Source: Tubulanus polymorphus
Taxonomy: Eukaryota > Animalia > Nemertea
Assembly: GCF_964204645.1 (NCBI RefSeq)
Contig: NC_134030.1
Location: 7,793,122-7,857,121, forward strand
Direction of reading: 5' to 3'
Length of the DNA stretch: 64,000 nt
This document shows positions 12,801-25,200 of this stretch, in pieces (the stretch's first letter is position 1; each line of letters starts with the position of its first letter). A program made the position numbers and the translations under genes. The notes below the pieces were generated by a model. That model was not told the DNA's origin, did no database searches, and saw nothing but the letters and a program-made list of their open reading frames with translations.

Positions 12801-15800
12801 TTGTAATATAGATATCCAAAATCTGGATGTAATAAAATAGATAGAAAAAAAAGTTTATCTTGTAATATAGATATCCAAAATCTCGATGTAATAAATTAGG
12901 TAGAAAAAAAGTTAACCTTGTAATATAGATATCCAAAATCTAGATGTAATAAAATAGGTAGAAAAAAAGCTAACCTTGTAATATAGATATCCAAAATCTA
13001 GATGTAATAGAATAGACAGAAAAAAAAGTTAACCTTGTAATATAGATATCCAAAATCTCGATGTAATAAAATAAGTAGAAAAAAAAGTCAACCTTGTAAT
13101 ATAGATATCCAAAATCTAGATGTAATAGAATAGGTAGTAAAAAAAATTAACCTTGTAATATAAATATCCAAAATCTCGATGTAATAAAATAGGTAGAAAA
13201 AAAGTTAACCTTGTAATATAGATATCCAAAATCTCGATGTAATAAATTAGGTAGAAAAAAAGTTAACCTTGTAATATAGATATCCAAAATCTAGATGTAA
13301 TAAAATAGGTAGAAAAAAAGCTAACCTTGTAATATAGATATCCAAAATCTAGATGTAATAGAATAGACAGAAAAAAAAGTTAACCTTGTAATATAGATAT
13401 CCAAAATCTCGATGTAATAAAATAAGTAGAAAAAAAAGTCAACCTTGTAATATAGATATCCAAAATCTAGATGTAATAGAATAGGTAGTAAAAAAAATTA
13501 ACCTTGTAATATAAATATCCAAAATCTCGATGTGATAAAATAGGTAGAAAAAAAGCTAACCTTGTAATATAGATATCCAAAATCTAGATGTAATGAAATA
13601 GGCAGAAAAAAAAGTTAACCTTGTAATATAGATATCTAAAATCTCGATGTAATGAAATAGGTAGAAAAAAAGTTAACCTTGTAATATAGATATCCAAAAT
13701 CTCGATGTAATAAAATAGGTAGAAAAAAAAGTTAACCTTGTAATATAGATATCCAAAATCTCGATGTAATAAAATAGGTAGTAAAAAAATTAACCTTGTT
13801 ATATAGATATCTAAAATCTAGATGTAATAGAATAGGCAGAAAAAAAAGTTAACCTTGTAATATAGATATCCAAAATCTCGATGTGATAAAATAGGTAGAA
13901 AAAAAAGCTAACCTTGTAATATAGATATCCAAAATCTAGATGTAATGAAATAGGCAGAAAAAAAAGTTAACCTTGTAATATTGATATCCAAAATCTCGAT
14001 GTAATAAATTAGGTAGAAAAAAAGTTAACCTTGTAATATAGATATCCAAAATCTCGATGTAATAAAATAGGTAGAAAAAAAAGTTAACCTTGTAATATAG
14101 ATATCCAAAATCTCGATGTAATAAAATAGGTAGTAAAAAAATTAACCTTGTTATATAGATATCTAAAATCTAGATGTAATAGAATAGGCAGAAAAAAAAG
14201 TTAACCTTGTAATATAGATATCCAAAATCTCGATGTAATAAAATAGGTAGAAAAAAGCTAACCTTGTATTATAGATATCCAAAATCTCGATGTAATAAAA
14301 TAGGTAGAAAAAAAGCTAACCTTGTAATATAGATATCCAAGATCTCGATGTAATAAAATAGGTAGAAAAAAAAGTTAATCTTGTAATATAGATATCCAAA
14401 ATCTCGATGTAATAAAATAGGTAGAAAAAAAAGTTAACCTTGTAATATAGATATCCAAAATCTCGATGTAATAAATTAGGTAGAAAAAAAGTTAACCTTG
14501 TAATATAGATATCCAAAATCTAGATGTAATGAAATAGGCAGAAAAAAAGTTAACCTTGTAATATAGATATCCAAAATCTTGATGTAATAAAATAGGTAGA
14601 AAAAAAAGTTAATCTTGTAATATAGATATCCAAAATCTCGATGTAATAAAATAGGTAGAAAAAAAAGTTAACCTTGTAATATAGATATCCAAAATCTCGA
14701 TGTAATACAATAGGTAGAAAAAAAAGTTAACCTTGTAATATAGATATCCAAAATCTAGATGTAATAAAATAGGTAGTAAAAAAAAATTAACCTTGTTATA
14801 TAGATATCTAAAATCTAGATGTAATAAAATAGGCAGAAAAAAAGGTAACCTTGTAATATAGATAATCAAAATCTCGATGTAATAAAATAGGCAGAAAAAA
14901 AAGGTAACCTTGTAATATAGATATCCAAAATCTCGATGTAATAAATAAGGTAGAAAAAAAAGTTAATCTTGTAATATAGATATCCAAAATCTCGATGTAA
15001 TAAAATAGGTAGTAAAAAAAAATTAACCTTGTTATATAGATATCTAAAATCTAGATGTAATAGAATAGGCAGAAAAAAAAGTTAACCTTGTAATATAGAT
15101 ATCCAAAATCTCGATGTAATAAAATAGGTAGAAAAAAGCTAACCTTGTATTATAGATATCCAAAATCTCGATGTAATAAAATAGGTAGAAAAAAAGCTAA
15201 CCTTGTAATATAGATATCCAAGATCTCGATGTAATAAAATAGGTAGAAAAAAAAGTTAATCTTGTAATATAGATATCCAAAATCTCGATGTAATAAAATA
15301 GGTAGAAAAAAAGCTAACCTTGTAATATAGATATCCAAAATCTCGATGTAATGAAATAGGCAGAAAAAAAAAGCTAACCTTGTAATATAGATATCCAAAA
15401 TCTCGATGTAATAAGATAGGTAGAAAAAAAAGTTAATCTTGTAATATAGATATCCAAAATCTCGATGTAATAAAATAGGTAGAAAAAAAAGTTAACCTTG
15501 TAATATAGATATCCAAAATCTCGATGTAATAAAATAGGTAGAAAAAAAAGTTAATCTTGTAATATAGATATCCAAAATCTCGATGTAATAAAATAGGTAG
15601 AAAAAAAAGTTAACCTTGTAATATAGATATCCAAAATCTCGATGTAATACAATAGGTAGAAAAAAAAGCTAACCTTGTTATATAGATATCCAAAATCTAG
15701 ATGTAATGAAATAGGCAGAAAAAAAGTTAACCTTGTAATATAGATATCCAAAATCTCGATGTAATACAATAGGTAGAAAAAAAAGCTAACCTTGTAATAT

Positions 15801-15906
15801 AGATATCCAAAATCTAGATGTAATAGAATAGGCAGAAAAAAAAGTTAATCTTGTAATATAGATATCCAAAATCTCGATGTAATGAAATAGGTAGAAAAAA
15901 AAGTTA
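6898..15906. repeat. 58-59-bp satellite array, ~150 monomers
   Basis: Consensus ATAGATATCCAAAATCTCGATGTAATAAAATAGGTAGAAAAAAAGTTAACCTTGTAAT repeated head to tail; variation is mainly A-tract length and a few recurrent substitutions. Confidence 0.98.
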
Positions 15907-16060
15907 CCAAAGAAATGTATAACTTAGACAAAATTATCTTATTGTTAACTTTCGGACTACATGAAAAAAAAAATTACCAAAGAAATGTATAACTTAGATG
16001 AAATTATCTTATTGTTAACTTTCGGACTACATGAAAAAAAAATACCAAAGAAATGTATTA
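15904..16060. repeat. 70-bp tandem repeat (~2.3 copies) abutting the satellite end
   Basis: TTACCAAAGAAATGTATAACTTAG... at 15904 and 15974, partial at ~16043. Confidence 0.9.
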
Positions 16061-16769
16061 TAAAAATGTATAAGTAAAGGTCAACCAACTAAGATGATCA
16101 TCCCCGATAACGAAACCAGCAATCATGAAAGGTAACTTGATATATGTGCAATTTCGATTTATTCTAAATGTTATGTTTTGTGATAACAGGACATCATCTT
16201 TTTATGATTGCAGCTAAGATCCACTATCAGAAAAAGCCCAGCTTGAGATCAACTACTCGTCCAAAATCTACAAACTGGAACGGTGCACAGAAAAGGCCAG
16301 AACTGAACCCAGCAATCTTTATTACCGGTATATATAGATTTCAGGCCTCATATGAATATCATTTAATAAGTGACTATCATTAAAATCTATTTACCGGTCC
16401 ACATGGCTGATCTTTTATCTTTACTAGTCTTAAACAGTGATGAACTAGTCCTACTACTGCAATTGATTATTGGGGTTTAAATCGGCAATTGACGTCGATG
16501 AATTTTGCTTTGTGAAAAACATTGTTGCTTGTTATTTGAAATGACATATAAATTATGATAGATCGGTCTGAAATGTTTTGCTTTCTTCACTTTGTTTCAG
16601 CCAAACTACATCTCGGAAATAATGGTTTGAAGAAGACACCCACAACGATTACTGATTGACCCATTTGCTGATGAAAACTGCAGAAGCCCAGGTGATAAGT
16701 TGAGGAGCCAGCGACGGATTAATCACTCAATGATGGAATCTTCTGCAATCGGTGGTTGATTTCTATAAA

Positions 16770-16975
16770 ACATTTTATCAGGAGCAGCAAAGAAAATAGT
16801 GAATCTTATAAAACACTGATTCGAGCAGCAAAACTAATGGATTATTTCATAAACACTGATTCAGGATAAACAATGTTTTAAAAGCAGCAAAGACAATAGT
16901 GTATCTTATTAGGAGCAGCATAGATAATAGTGCTTCTTATAAACACTGAAATCCAGGAGCGGTGAAGACAATAGC
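16770..16975. repeat. Degenerate ~50-bp tandem repeat
   Basis: Recurring AAACACTGA...GGAGCAGCAAAGA.AATAGTG units. Confidence 0.6.
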
Positions 16976-17603
16976 GGACTTTTGTAGTAAAGTATTGATT
17001 TTTTTACTTATCACCTTTTTCAAACCAGTCTGATGGATAATATAGTGTTTTCGAGGAAACTATTTTATAATGTGTTATGCAATGTGAGAGTCTAATAAAA
17101 GCTAAGCTCCATTAATTCAAGATATTGGTATTCGATCCTTGGTCGATAGATAAGTCAAGTTAGGTTAGTCACTAGGGGTTAATGTTGGCGTCGAGCGCCT
17201 AGTTTGGACTCATAGGTCTGTTCGAGTTGACGCCTAAACTGAGATATAGTTTCAACTTGATATTGTGAGTTTAATCTTCGAACTTACCATAGTTAAACAT
17301 AGTCAACTGGTTATTTGTCCATATAGATATCACGTAGTTAGAAAACATAGAACGTAGCGTTAGACCAGTGTTGACGTACAAATATACAAGTAAGACGTAC
17401 AAGTATTTGCTGAATTGTAGATGTACTAATTTGATATTTTCGGAAGGCCCATGTAACCAATTTGACAAATGAATTGTAGATGTCGATTTTCGCATCGACC
17501 TTTAAGCCTCCATCAATCTGTTTGATGATCATAGCTACGTATTTGAAAAAAAAGCTTTATCTGAAAGGAGACCATTATTTACATTTGAGAGGTTAAGCTA
17601 GGA

Positions 17604-18060
17604 TTAACAAGGCATAAAGTTATAGCTAGGACTAATTTTTAACGTTTTAACATCGTTTATAGCTGTTTGAACTTCTTTTATTGTAATGGGTAAATCCATA
17701 TCACGAGATGGCTCTCGTGAATAATCACTTAGCTTCAAATGGGGTGTATAATGATTATTAAGGAGTGGCAGTGAATCAGTAGCGCTTTTTTTAGAATGGG
17801 CCCAGACCTTTACAGTGAAAAAATGCCTGCAGTTGTAAATAGAGGAGTTTAAATGATACATAGTACAAAATACAAGTACATAAATTAATAACAAAATAAA
17901 TTTTAAAAAAAACCAATAAATAATGAATAGTAAATAATACAAGCACATGAATAAATGGATAATATAAAAAAATAGATTAAAAATAATAAACAACATTACA
18001 AACAAACAACAAATTAATATTCTATTTACATGAAAAGGCATTTTTTCAAATATTTATCAA
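17604..18060 (-). mobile_element. Non-LTR retrotransposon (LINE) remnant
   Basis: Minus-strand peptide DLPITIKEVQTAINDVKTLKISP resembles the PIT.EEV..AI..LK..KSPG linker preceding LINE reverse transcriptases. Confidence 0.45.
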
Positions 18061-18109
18061 CAAGGTTCTTAATTTATCGAACAACCTTCCCTAAGTATAG
18101 TGAAAACCC

Positions 18110-18260
18110 GAGATCTTTTCTGTTGTTATTCAAAGCATTCTATCGGACTCAGTTATTGTAATGAACAAAACAAATAACCATAAACCTTAACTAAATCGAA
18201 CACACTTAAAAAAAATAACTGATATGATAGAATGCTTTGAATAACTGTGATGAAAGATCG
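18110..18260. mobile_element. Small MITE-like inverted-repeat element
   Basis: GTTATTCAAAGCATTCTATC (18125-18144) is the reverse complement of GATAGAATGCTTTGAATAAC (18226-18245), extended by CAGTTATT/AATAACTG. Confidence 0.6.
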
Positions 18261-19989
18261 ACCCTCCTTGCAACTAGCCGCGCTCAATCACTGCTGTGAC
18301 TTTTGATTATTATACTGGGGTAGACTTACTATCTAAAATCTGGTACATAAATTTCACTTTTTAGAAAGAATGTAAAACAGCTATTAACTAAAGTTATTGA
18401 TGTTATTGATTAGTAACCGATTGTATAATTATGTTGATCTTTTGAAGCTGCCAGAAAAAAAAAACATCAGAATACTTAGTATTTAATGTCAAGGTGTTTG
18501 GACATCTTTAAGACAAGGGAAAGTGGGCAAAATTCTAGTTCTCTAGTGAAAGTAATGATTAGTTGATACTTAGATTTCCAGAGTGAATCTGTATGTTCAA
18601 TCTCTAGTTTTAATGCTTTTATGTTGGAGACTGTTATTGTAACACAGTTTGCATGTTTGGAAATTAGGAACTTGCATGATGATTCCTCGATTAAATTATT
18701 AGTATTGTGTGAAAAAAACGATGTACATTTTCATCATTTGTGTTGAAACTTTTAAGTTGTCCAGTTTTGTAGCAACAATTCCACTGTGGTGCTTTTCAGT
18801 GGTTCATAAAATACTGATTTAGTTAAGGCCTAAAATAGCAGGAGCATAGAATAAAAGGAGCAGTTGCTTGATAGGCTAACTTGAGGATACAGTACTAATT
18901 GGTCAATTTTCCTAGCTTTGTTTTGATTATCGGTTTAACCGCATCTGTGTGCCTGTCATATCTGGACAAGAAGAATTTATGATCTTTATATAGAGTTGTA
19001 TTTATATCTACTATCCAAGTTGAATAATACAATTAAGAAGTTACTGAATACCGCAGCTTCGCCAATCAAACCATATTTATATGAAGATACTTGATTTATC
19101 TTAAATTATCACGAAGAAAAACCTTTATAATAGTTTGCAGGGTTTGATCTAAGGAATAAATGCCACTTCACCTTGGGGCAAGCATATGTAATATCACTTG
19201 CCCCCTCAAGAATCAACTTGCCCTACGAGCAGTCCAATTGTGACACAATCATCCCTTGCATCGAGTGGGATAAAAGCTTTGAGACATAGAATTACACAAG
19301 CCTGGTGGACAAGTGATAATGATAACCTACATGCCCTAATGAAAATATACTTGTCCCGGGCAATTGGACTAGTGCTTAGATCAGACCCTGCTTTGTTTCA
19401 AATGTCAAATGTAACATTTGTGAAATATAAGCTAGTTGATAATGTTTGAAGAAATCTCTTAAAAATGAGGAAAATTTGGCAGTTTTTAGTTTTCTTGTAA
19501 TAATTAAGATTAATAATTAGTTAACCTTACGCTTTCCGGAGTGAGTGAATTTGTAGGTTTAATGTTTTTATTTTGAACTGTTTTTAAATAACTCATTTAG
19601 CGGGTATAATTGCTGTGTAAGAATAAAACGACATACATGATCGTCATTCATGTAAAAACTTTTCTTCTTTAATTACGTGTATTGCAACTATATGTATTTT
19701 CACTGTGGTGCTTATCAATGGTTCATAAAATACTATTTTCATTAAGGCCCTAATGGATCAAAGTATACAATTCATTGTGAATTTTTCTCATTTTCCTATT
19801 GATGCAAATTGTATAAATCAGCTTTAGTGGAAATGTATCGTAGATTAGGTCGATTAGCTATTATGCGCATTTGTGAGCCAAAGTGTTTAGGCTAATCGGT
19901 ACATTTGTGAGACGATTTACATAAACTGATTTGGCAAATTCTCCTAATCATCCCAGGAGGTGTTTAGGCGATTCGATTAGACCGGTTTT

Positions 19990-20269
19990 CAATCAAAAAT
20001 TAAAATGGCGGAGTGAATTCTTCTTCGTTATATTGTTCAACAGTTTTTTCAACATAATCATTAATCCGCGGTTTTTTATAGATACTTTTTGTATGTTTAA
20101 TTACTTCTGTTTCAAAAAATATACTAAAACTCGTAGGGCATAACAGATTATTTCTGACTGCTGTAATCTTCCCATTTTTATTTTGGTCTGGGTATTTGTC
20201 AGTTTTCAGCAGCTCATTGATAATAAGAAGCGCTGAACTCTTTTTCTTGTTGTCCATGGAGGCAGCCAT
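19990..20269 (-). mobile_element. Possible PIF/Harbinger transposase N-terminal remnant
   Basis: PRINDYVEKTVEQYNEEEF followed, after a frameshift, by RHF resembles the Y...EF..HF motif at the N-terminus of HARBI1-type transposases. Confidence 0.4.
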
Positions 20270-21200
20270 GTTACCTAATCAAAGGAACTAAACTGCTCAT
20301 TTGTGGACCAAAGCTAATCAAATCAAAATTGCACCTTATCGCACTAGCTAATCAAAACCTAATCTATTCAGCTCACAAAAACGCCTAAAGACTTCGAAAT
20401 ACCTTACATGTAACATGGTTTTTAAGTTAGTACTATGGTAATAGTACTATCAAAATTTGAGAAAATAAGCTAAAAGTTAATAATATATGTGATGATATGT
20501 GATATGTTAATGATATGTGAAAATAAAATGATGTAAAAAATGTATATCAGATTGATTACTTAATCCTACGCTTTCCAGAGTATTTGGCCAGGTTTATCTC
20601 TGGTTTTAGTGCGGGGAGCCATGGACAATTGAGTCCATGGTTGGGCCATAGACTTTTTTGTTTTTTTCTATGGTTGGACCATGGGCGTAAACTCTCGTTT
20701 ATAGTTTATACGCCTATGGTGGTTGGACTAGTTGTTTCTGAAAGTCCACGTGTTTGAGGAGCTTACATTATAATTCCTCGAGCATGGCATTTTTTATAAA
20801 TGTTGTATGAGAATGAATATGATTGATTTTAAAATTTGTCATTCATTTAGTTAAGTTTTGATATAGCAAATCCTGGATTGAGGCCTATTGTTTAACTAGA
20901 GATAAACTGATTTAATGAAGAAATTAAATCGATTTAAAGAGTTAAACCTGAAACTCCTGTGTTTCATTCTCGCAATCTACTTCTTTTTTTCAACCGAAAA
21001 AATAATCCCACCAACTGGTCTGCCGACAAGCCTAGATGCGATTATATCAATAGCACAAAACCATACGCTCCGACACTGGCCCGTTGACGGTTGTTGACGC
21101 TCAACTCGCAACTGGCAAATACATTGTACTAAAGCAACTGGCAATGTTGTTTCAGTGCGTCCATATAAAGAGGTTCCGCTGTATAATTTTCTACCTAGTA

Positions 21201-21216
21201 ACACCACCTAGTGGCC
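21201..21216 (-). promoter_or_regulatory. CTCF-like motif upstream of the gene array
   Basis: Minus strand GGCCACTAGGTGGTGT fits the CCASYAGRKGG core; motif match only. Confidence 0.25.
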
Positions 21217-22209
21217 GGCGACGTAAATAAAAAACCGAATAAGCGCTAGTATATTATATATAGTGAATGAATTAATACTCCTAAATCGTGTAGAATGGCG
21301 AGAGTAAAAAAGAGAATGAATTAATACTCACGAATCGATGCTACAACCTACTGACCGGAAATGTATCGTACCGCCGTTTTTTTGTTTTATAGGTTGCGCA
21401 AGCGCACATGAAAATAAGAATCTTATTTTAATCTTTAATGAATAAACGTAGTCCTGATTTGTCGTCTAAAATTTACATCGGAATTCAGCTTCGCGGGCTC
21501 TGGGGTTTTTTAACACCAAAAATCCTGATATGCTAAGTTTGTTTTATTTTGTATAAACTGCAATAAAAGATTTTTCTCACTTCGTCGATCTTTCCGTCGT
21601 TAAGAGATTTATTCATTGTCTTTCGAGGCGTCGACAAAAACCTCTTTAATCCTATTTGAGTCAAGGAAAAGGGATTTCCAGCGCCTTCACGGCTGAAAAC
21701 ATTCAGACAAAGCTTGCGAAATGCGTCTTACATTGTCTTACAAACTCCAAAGCAAACATATTCGAACAATGCGCGCATTCAAATTGCACGCCGAAAAAAG
21801 ACTCCGGGAATGACCTGGCACCTATATCCGTACTGGGTTTTCCCAGTACGGCAATGACGCGTTTTAAGATAGTACTGTATAAAGCATACAAGTGTTAGTC
21901 GACAGTTAGTTGTAAACCGGACACGATCCGGTTCGTAAGCGCGCTGCCAGCTTATTGAAAATAACATATCACATATACCGCCATGAAATAATTAGGCATA
22001 AGCAGAGAAACCGGGAAAAACGAAATAAAAGAAACATAGAAAAGAAAATGTAAGTATTTGTAAAACTTCTCTAAGTTTGCAGAATATTCTTCTAGGCATT
22101 TGATTGTGCTTAAAATGTTGTCAATGTCTTTTTACAAATAAAATGATTTATTTCATTCGTCTAAATTTCTAAATCCGAAATTTATTATGTTGTTTGTTAG
22201 AAAGAAAAT

Positions 22210-25200
22210 ATGAAGATCGCAGAATTTATAATTGTTACTTCCGTCGTACTAACTGGACTTATTGATTTAGTATCAAGGTAGGTAAAAGCCTTTTATTTGA
22301 ATATGAATATTCTTTTGATAAAAACATTTTTTTTTTCAATAAGAACGAATTTTTGGCGATGAAAATACGTAAAGTAAACACGATTCTTGTATGATTATGG
22401 AGATTGTTGTAATTGTAATTGTAATTGTTTACTACTAGAAACTGGGTCTAGTTCATAGGTCAATGGTTAGAGTAAACCAGTGGATAGTTGACATAGTGAC
22501 AACTAAAAGTTCTTTGAATAACTGGCCCCAGTGGTGGATTGTGAGACTTGTTTTTTAGTGCCCTTCTCTATTTTGTCGGCAAAGATAGTTGATGCATTTC
22601 AGTGCCGTAGTACCCCTAATATTGCCTTTGTGGCCATCAAAGACAGTGTCCTTTCGGGACGTGACAAGTTCTTCAAAATTGGCCTCTGGATCACTCCTGA
22701 ATATTTCTTCAATCTATGGTGATTTAATTTTTTTCTCATCGCGAAAATTATGCATATCTGATGAGATCTTTTAATGTTTTAGTTTGAAATTTCTCCCTGA
22801 AACACTGTTTGTTCAATATGAGTAAAACGCGCACAGGCAACAAAGGTTTTCTATGACTAACAGCAGACTACAATAAGTATATCCTCTTCAACGTACAATT
22901 CCGGTTGCGACCTCGTATAAATACCACGCTTGTCCTAAATAGCTCGTTTTTGAAAACAAAAATATTTATCGCGAACGATGATGCTTTATTTTCGCAAACA
23001 TTAAAATTCCTATTTGTCCCCTAGCTACTCGTTTCCAGTAATTCGGCAACATGATAGGGGCCGCAAATTAGAATATCACCGGACAAAATTGGAATAATGC
23101 GGATGCGACCGCAAATCGATACCTGGTTATACATTGTTATGAAACCGGATATCATTTTGACAGCACTGATTCTATGAATGGTATATAATAAAAAACTATA
23201 ATTTGAATAGGATTTCAAACACAATGCTAAACGGATCGTGATTTTTGAAAAATACTTTTGTAACGTAATTATGCCCGCAGTAAGGGTCGTTTTTCGAAAA
23301 CCGAATAAAGCGGACATTTTTGGTTTCAAATGAACCCAAGTCAGACTAAACGTGGTTACGGATATTATTGTCTCCTCTCATTCCAAATTAGTTGAACATA
23401 AAGCATTTGAAAGTGACTCTTATTCTTTTGACAAAATACACCTTATTTTGCAATCGATGATCCCCGGGTATTTGTTTTTCAATGATTTTAGCGACACTAT
23501 TTCTCCATTGCATGTGTTTTTTTTTATCGCAGTAAAACGTGTTCGTACGGCTGTCAGGAGGCCTACCAGGTCCGAGAGAGATACACGGAAAAATGTGGAA
23601 AATTTGGCTGGAGGCGTTGCACAAGATACAGGTATATATACACGAACTGTACAGTCTTTCACATTCCACAGTCGTTTCAATATGTGCACGGTTATTTTAT
23701 TGATATTAACAGTCGTAACATCTCAGACTTTTGAATTGGAACATTTTTTTGCAGAACGGTAACTCGCTATCGTCCATCTACCTGTTATAAATGCTGTGAC
23801 GGTTGGGCCGGTAGCGGTTGTAATACGCGTAAGTTTATCTACACGTGTCCATTCATTTCAATTGAGCATCAATTTCATAGAATTTACATTTATGCGTAAT
23901 GTGTCTAAACACAATTTTCAGCTCTCTGCCCGCAAGGATGCCAAGGACGTGGTTCGTGTAGTCAACCTGGAGTTTGTGCTTGTCATACGGGATATTCACC
24001 GCCGCGTTGTAACGGTAACATCTTATTAATACCGATAATATAATAATGATAATAATATATCAATTTCCACTAAATATTACAATACATCATTATACGTTAT
24101 AAAAAATGAAGTTAAATGAAATACTTTCGCAGTTTGAATATTTGTGCTCGTCGATTAAAAAGATGATTATCAGTTTGATCTAAACAGGTCCGCATTCTTT
24201 TTCATCGCAGCAAATCTTATATTATACGATTCAATTCGGAGGCACTTCTAGATAAAAGGTTTCTTAGAATCAAGTATTTCCGTCTTGTACGTATTGTCTG
24301 ACGCAGGTGATAGCCTGTTATTATTGAAGTGGCTATAAATGTCCTATTGATATTTATCAGCCCGTCCTTGTACTGACATAATTACGATTAAGCTGTGATA
24401 ATAAACTAAGTTGAATAATAAGTCACGATGGTTGATACGTAAATACTTATTTTCAAGAAATATGTATTTCGTTCATTGAAATATGACATCGGCTATATAC
24501 GATTCAACGAATTTTGCCCCTTACACCTTTTTTACCCGGAGCCCCCTAATTCTCGAACATATATGATCTCAGAGATAAATCTCTTGTGGAGTTCGTAATC
24601 AGTTTATATCTATGTTATCCCTGTACAATAGCGTGGACGGTAAATGATGAGTCAATGTGAATGAATAATGAGCACGGGCGGGTTCTGTAGATTTCTGTTC
24701 TTCTCATCAATAATTCGTTCATTGAAAAGCTTTTGTTTTTTTTCAGACATAAACGAATGCGCACAAAATAACGGTGGCTGTCAATATCGATGTGTCAACA
24801 CTGTCGGTAGCTTCGACTGTAAATGTCAAACCGGATTTCAACTGAAATCTGACAGGCGGACTTGTACACGTAAATATGCATTCGTTATTCGAGCGTTGTA
24901 TTGAATAATACCAATTAGTATTCGTTTGTGAGAACGTTTTTCCGTATTGCCAGCCAGTATCATAAATACTTGCTTCCTCGAGATACTACACTAAACTATC
25001 TATCTTATACACAGTCTATAAGGAGGAATTCAGTCTCAATATTCAAGTGCTTTTCGGACTGCGTGAACTGTGTCATCATTAAGTTTATTGGTGATAAGCG
25101 AAATACATTAAAAACGCATTTGACCTATCTTTCATAGCGGTGTGTTTTTCATCGACGACATGTCCTAACGGCGGAAAATGTGAGAGACCAAATTACTGCT

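Noticed and set aside
6675-15769. Dozens of MDIYITRLTFF... ORFs
   Set aside because: Translations of the 58-bp satellite; frames shift with A-tract length.
6898-15906. CRISPR array
   Set aside because: No unique spacers, no cas genes, eukaryotic context.
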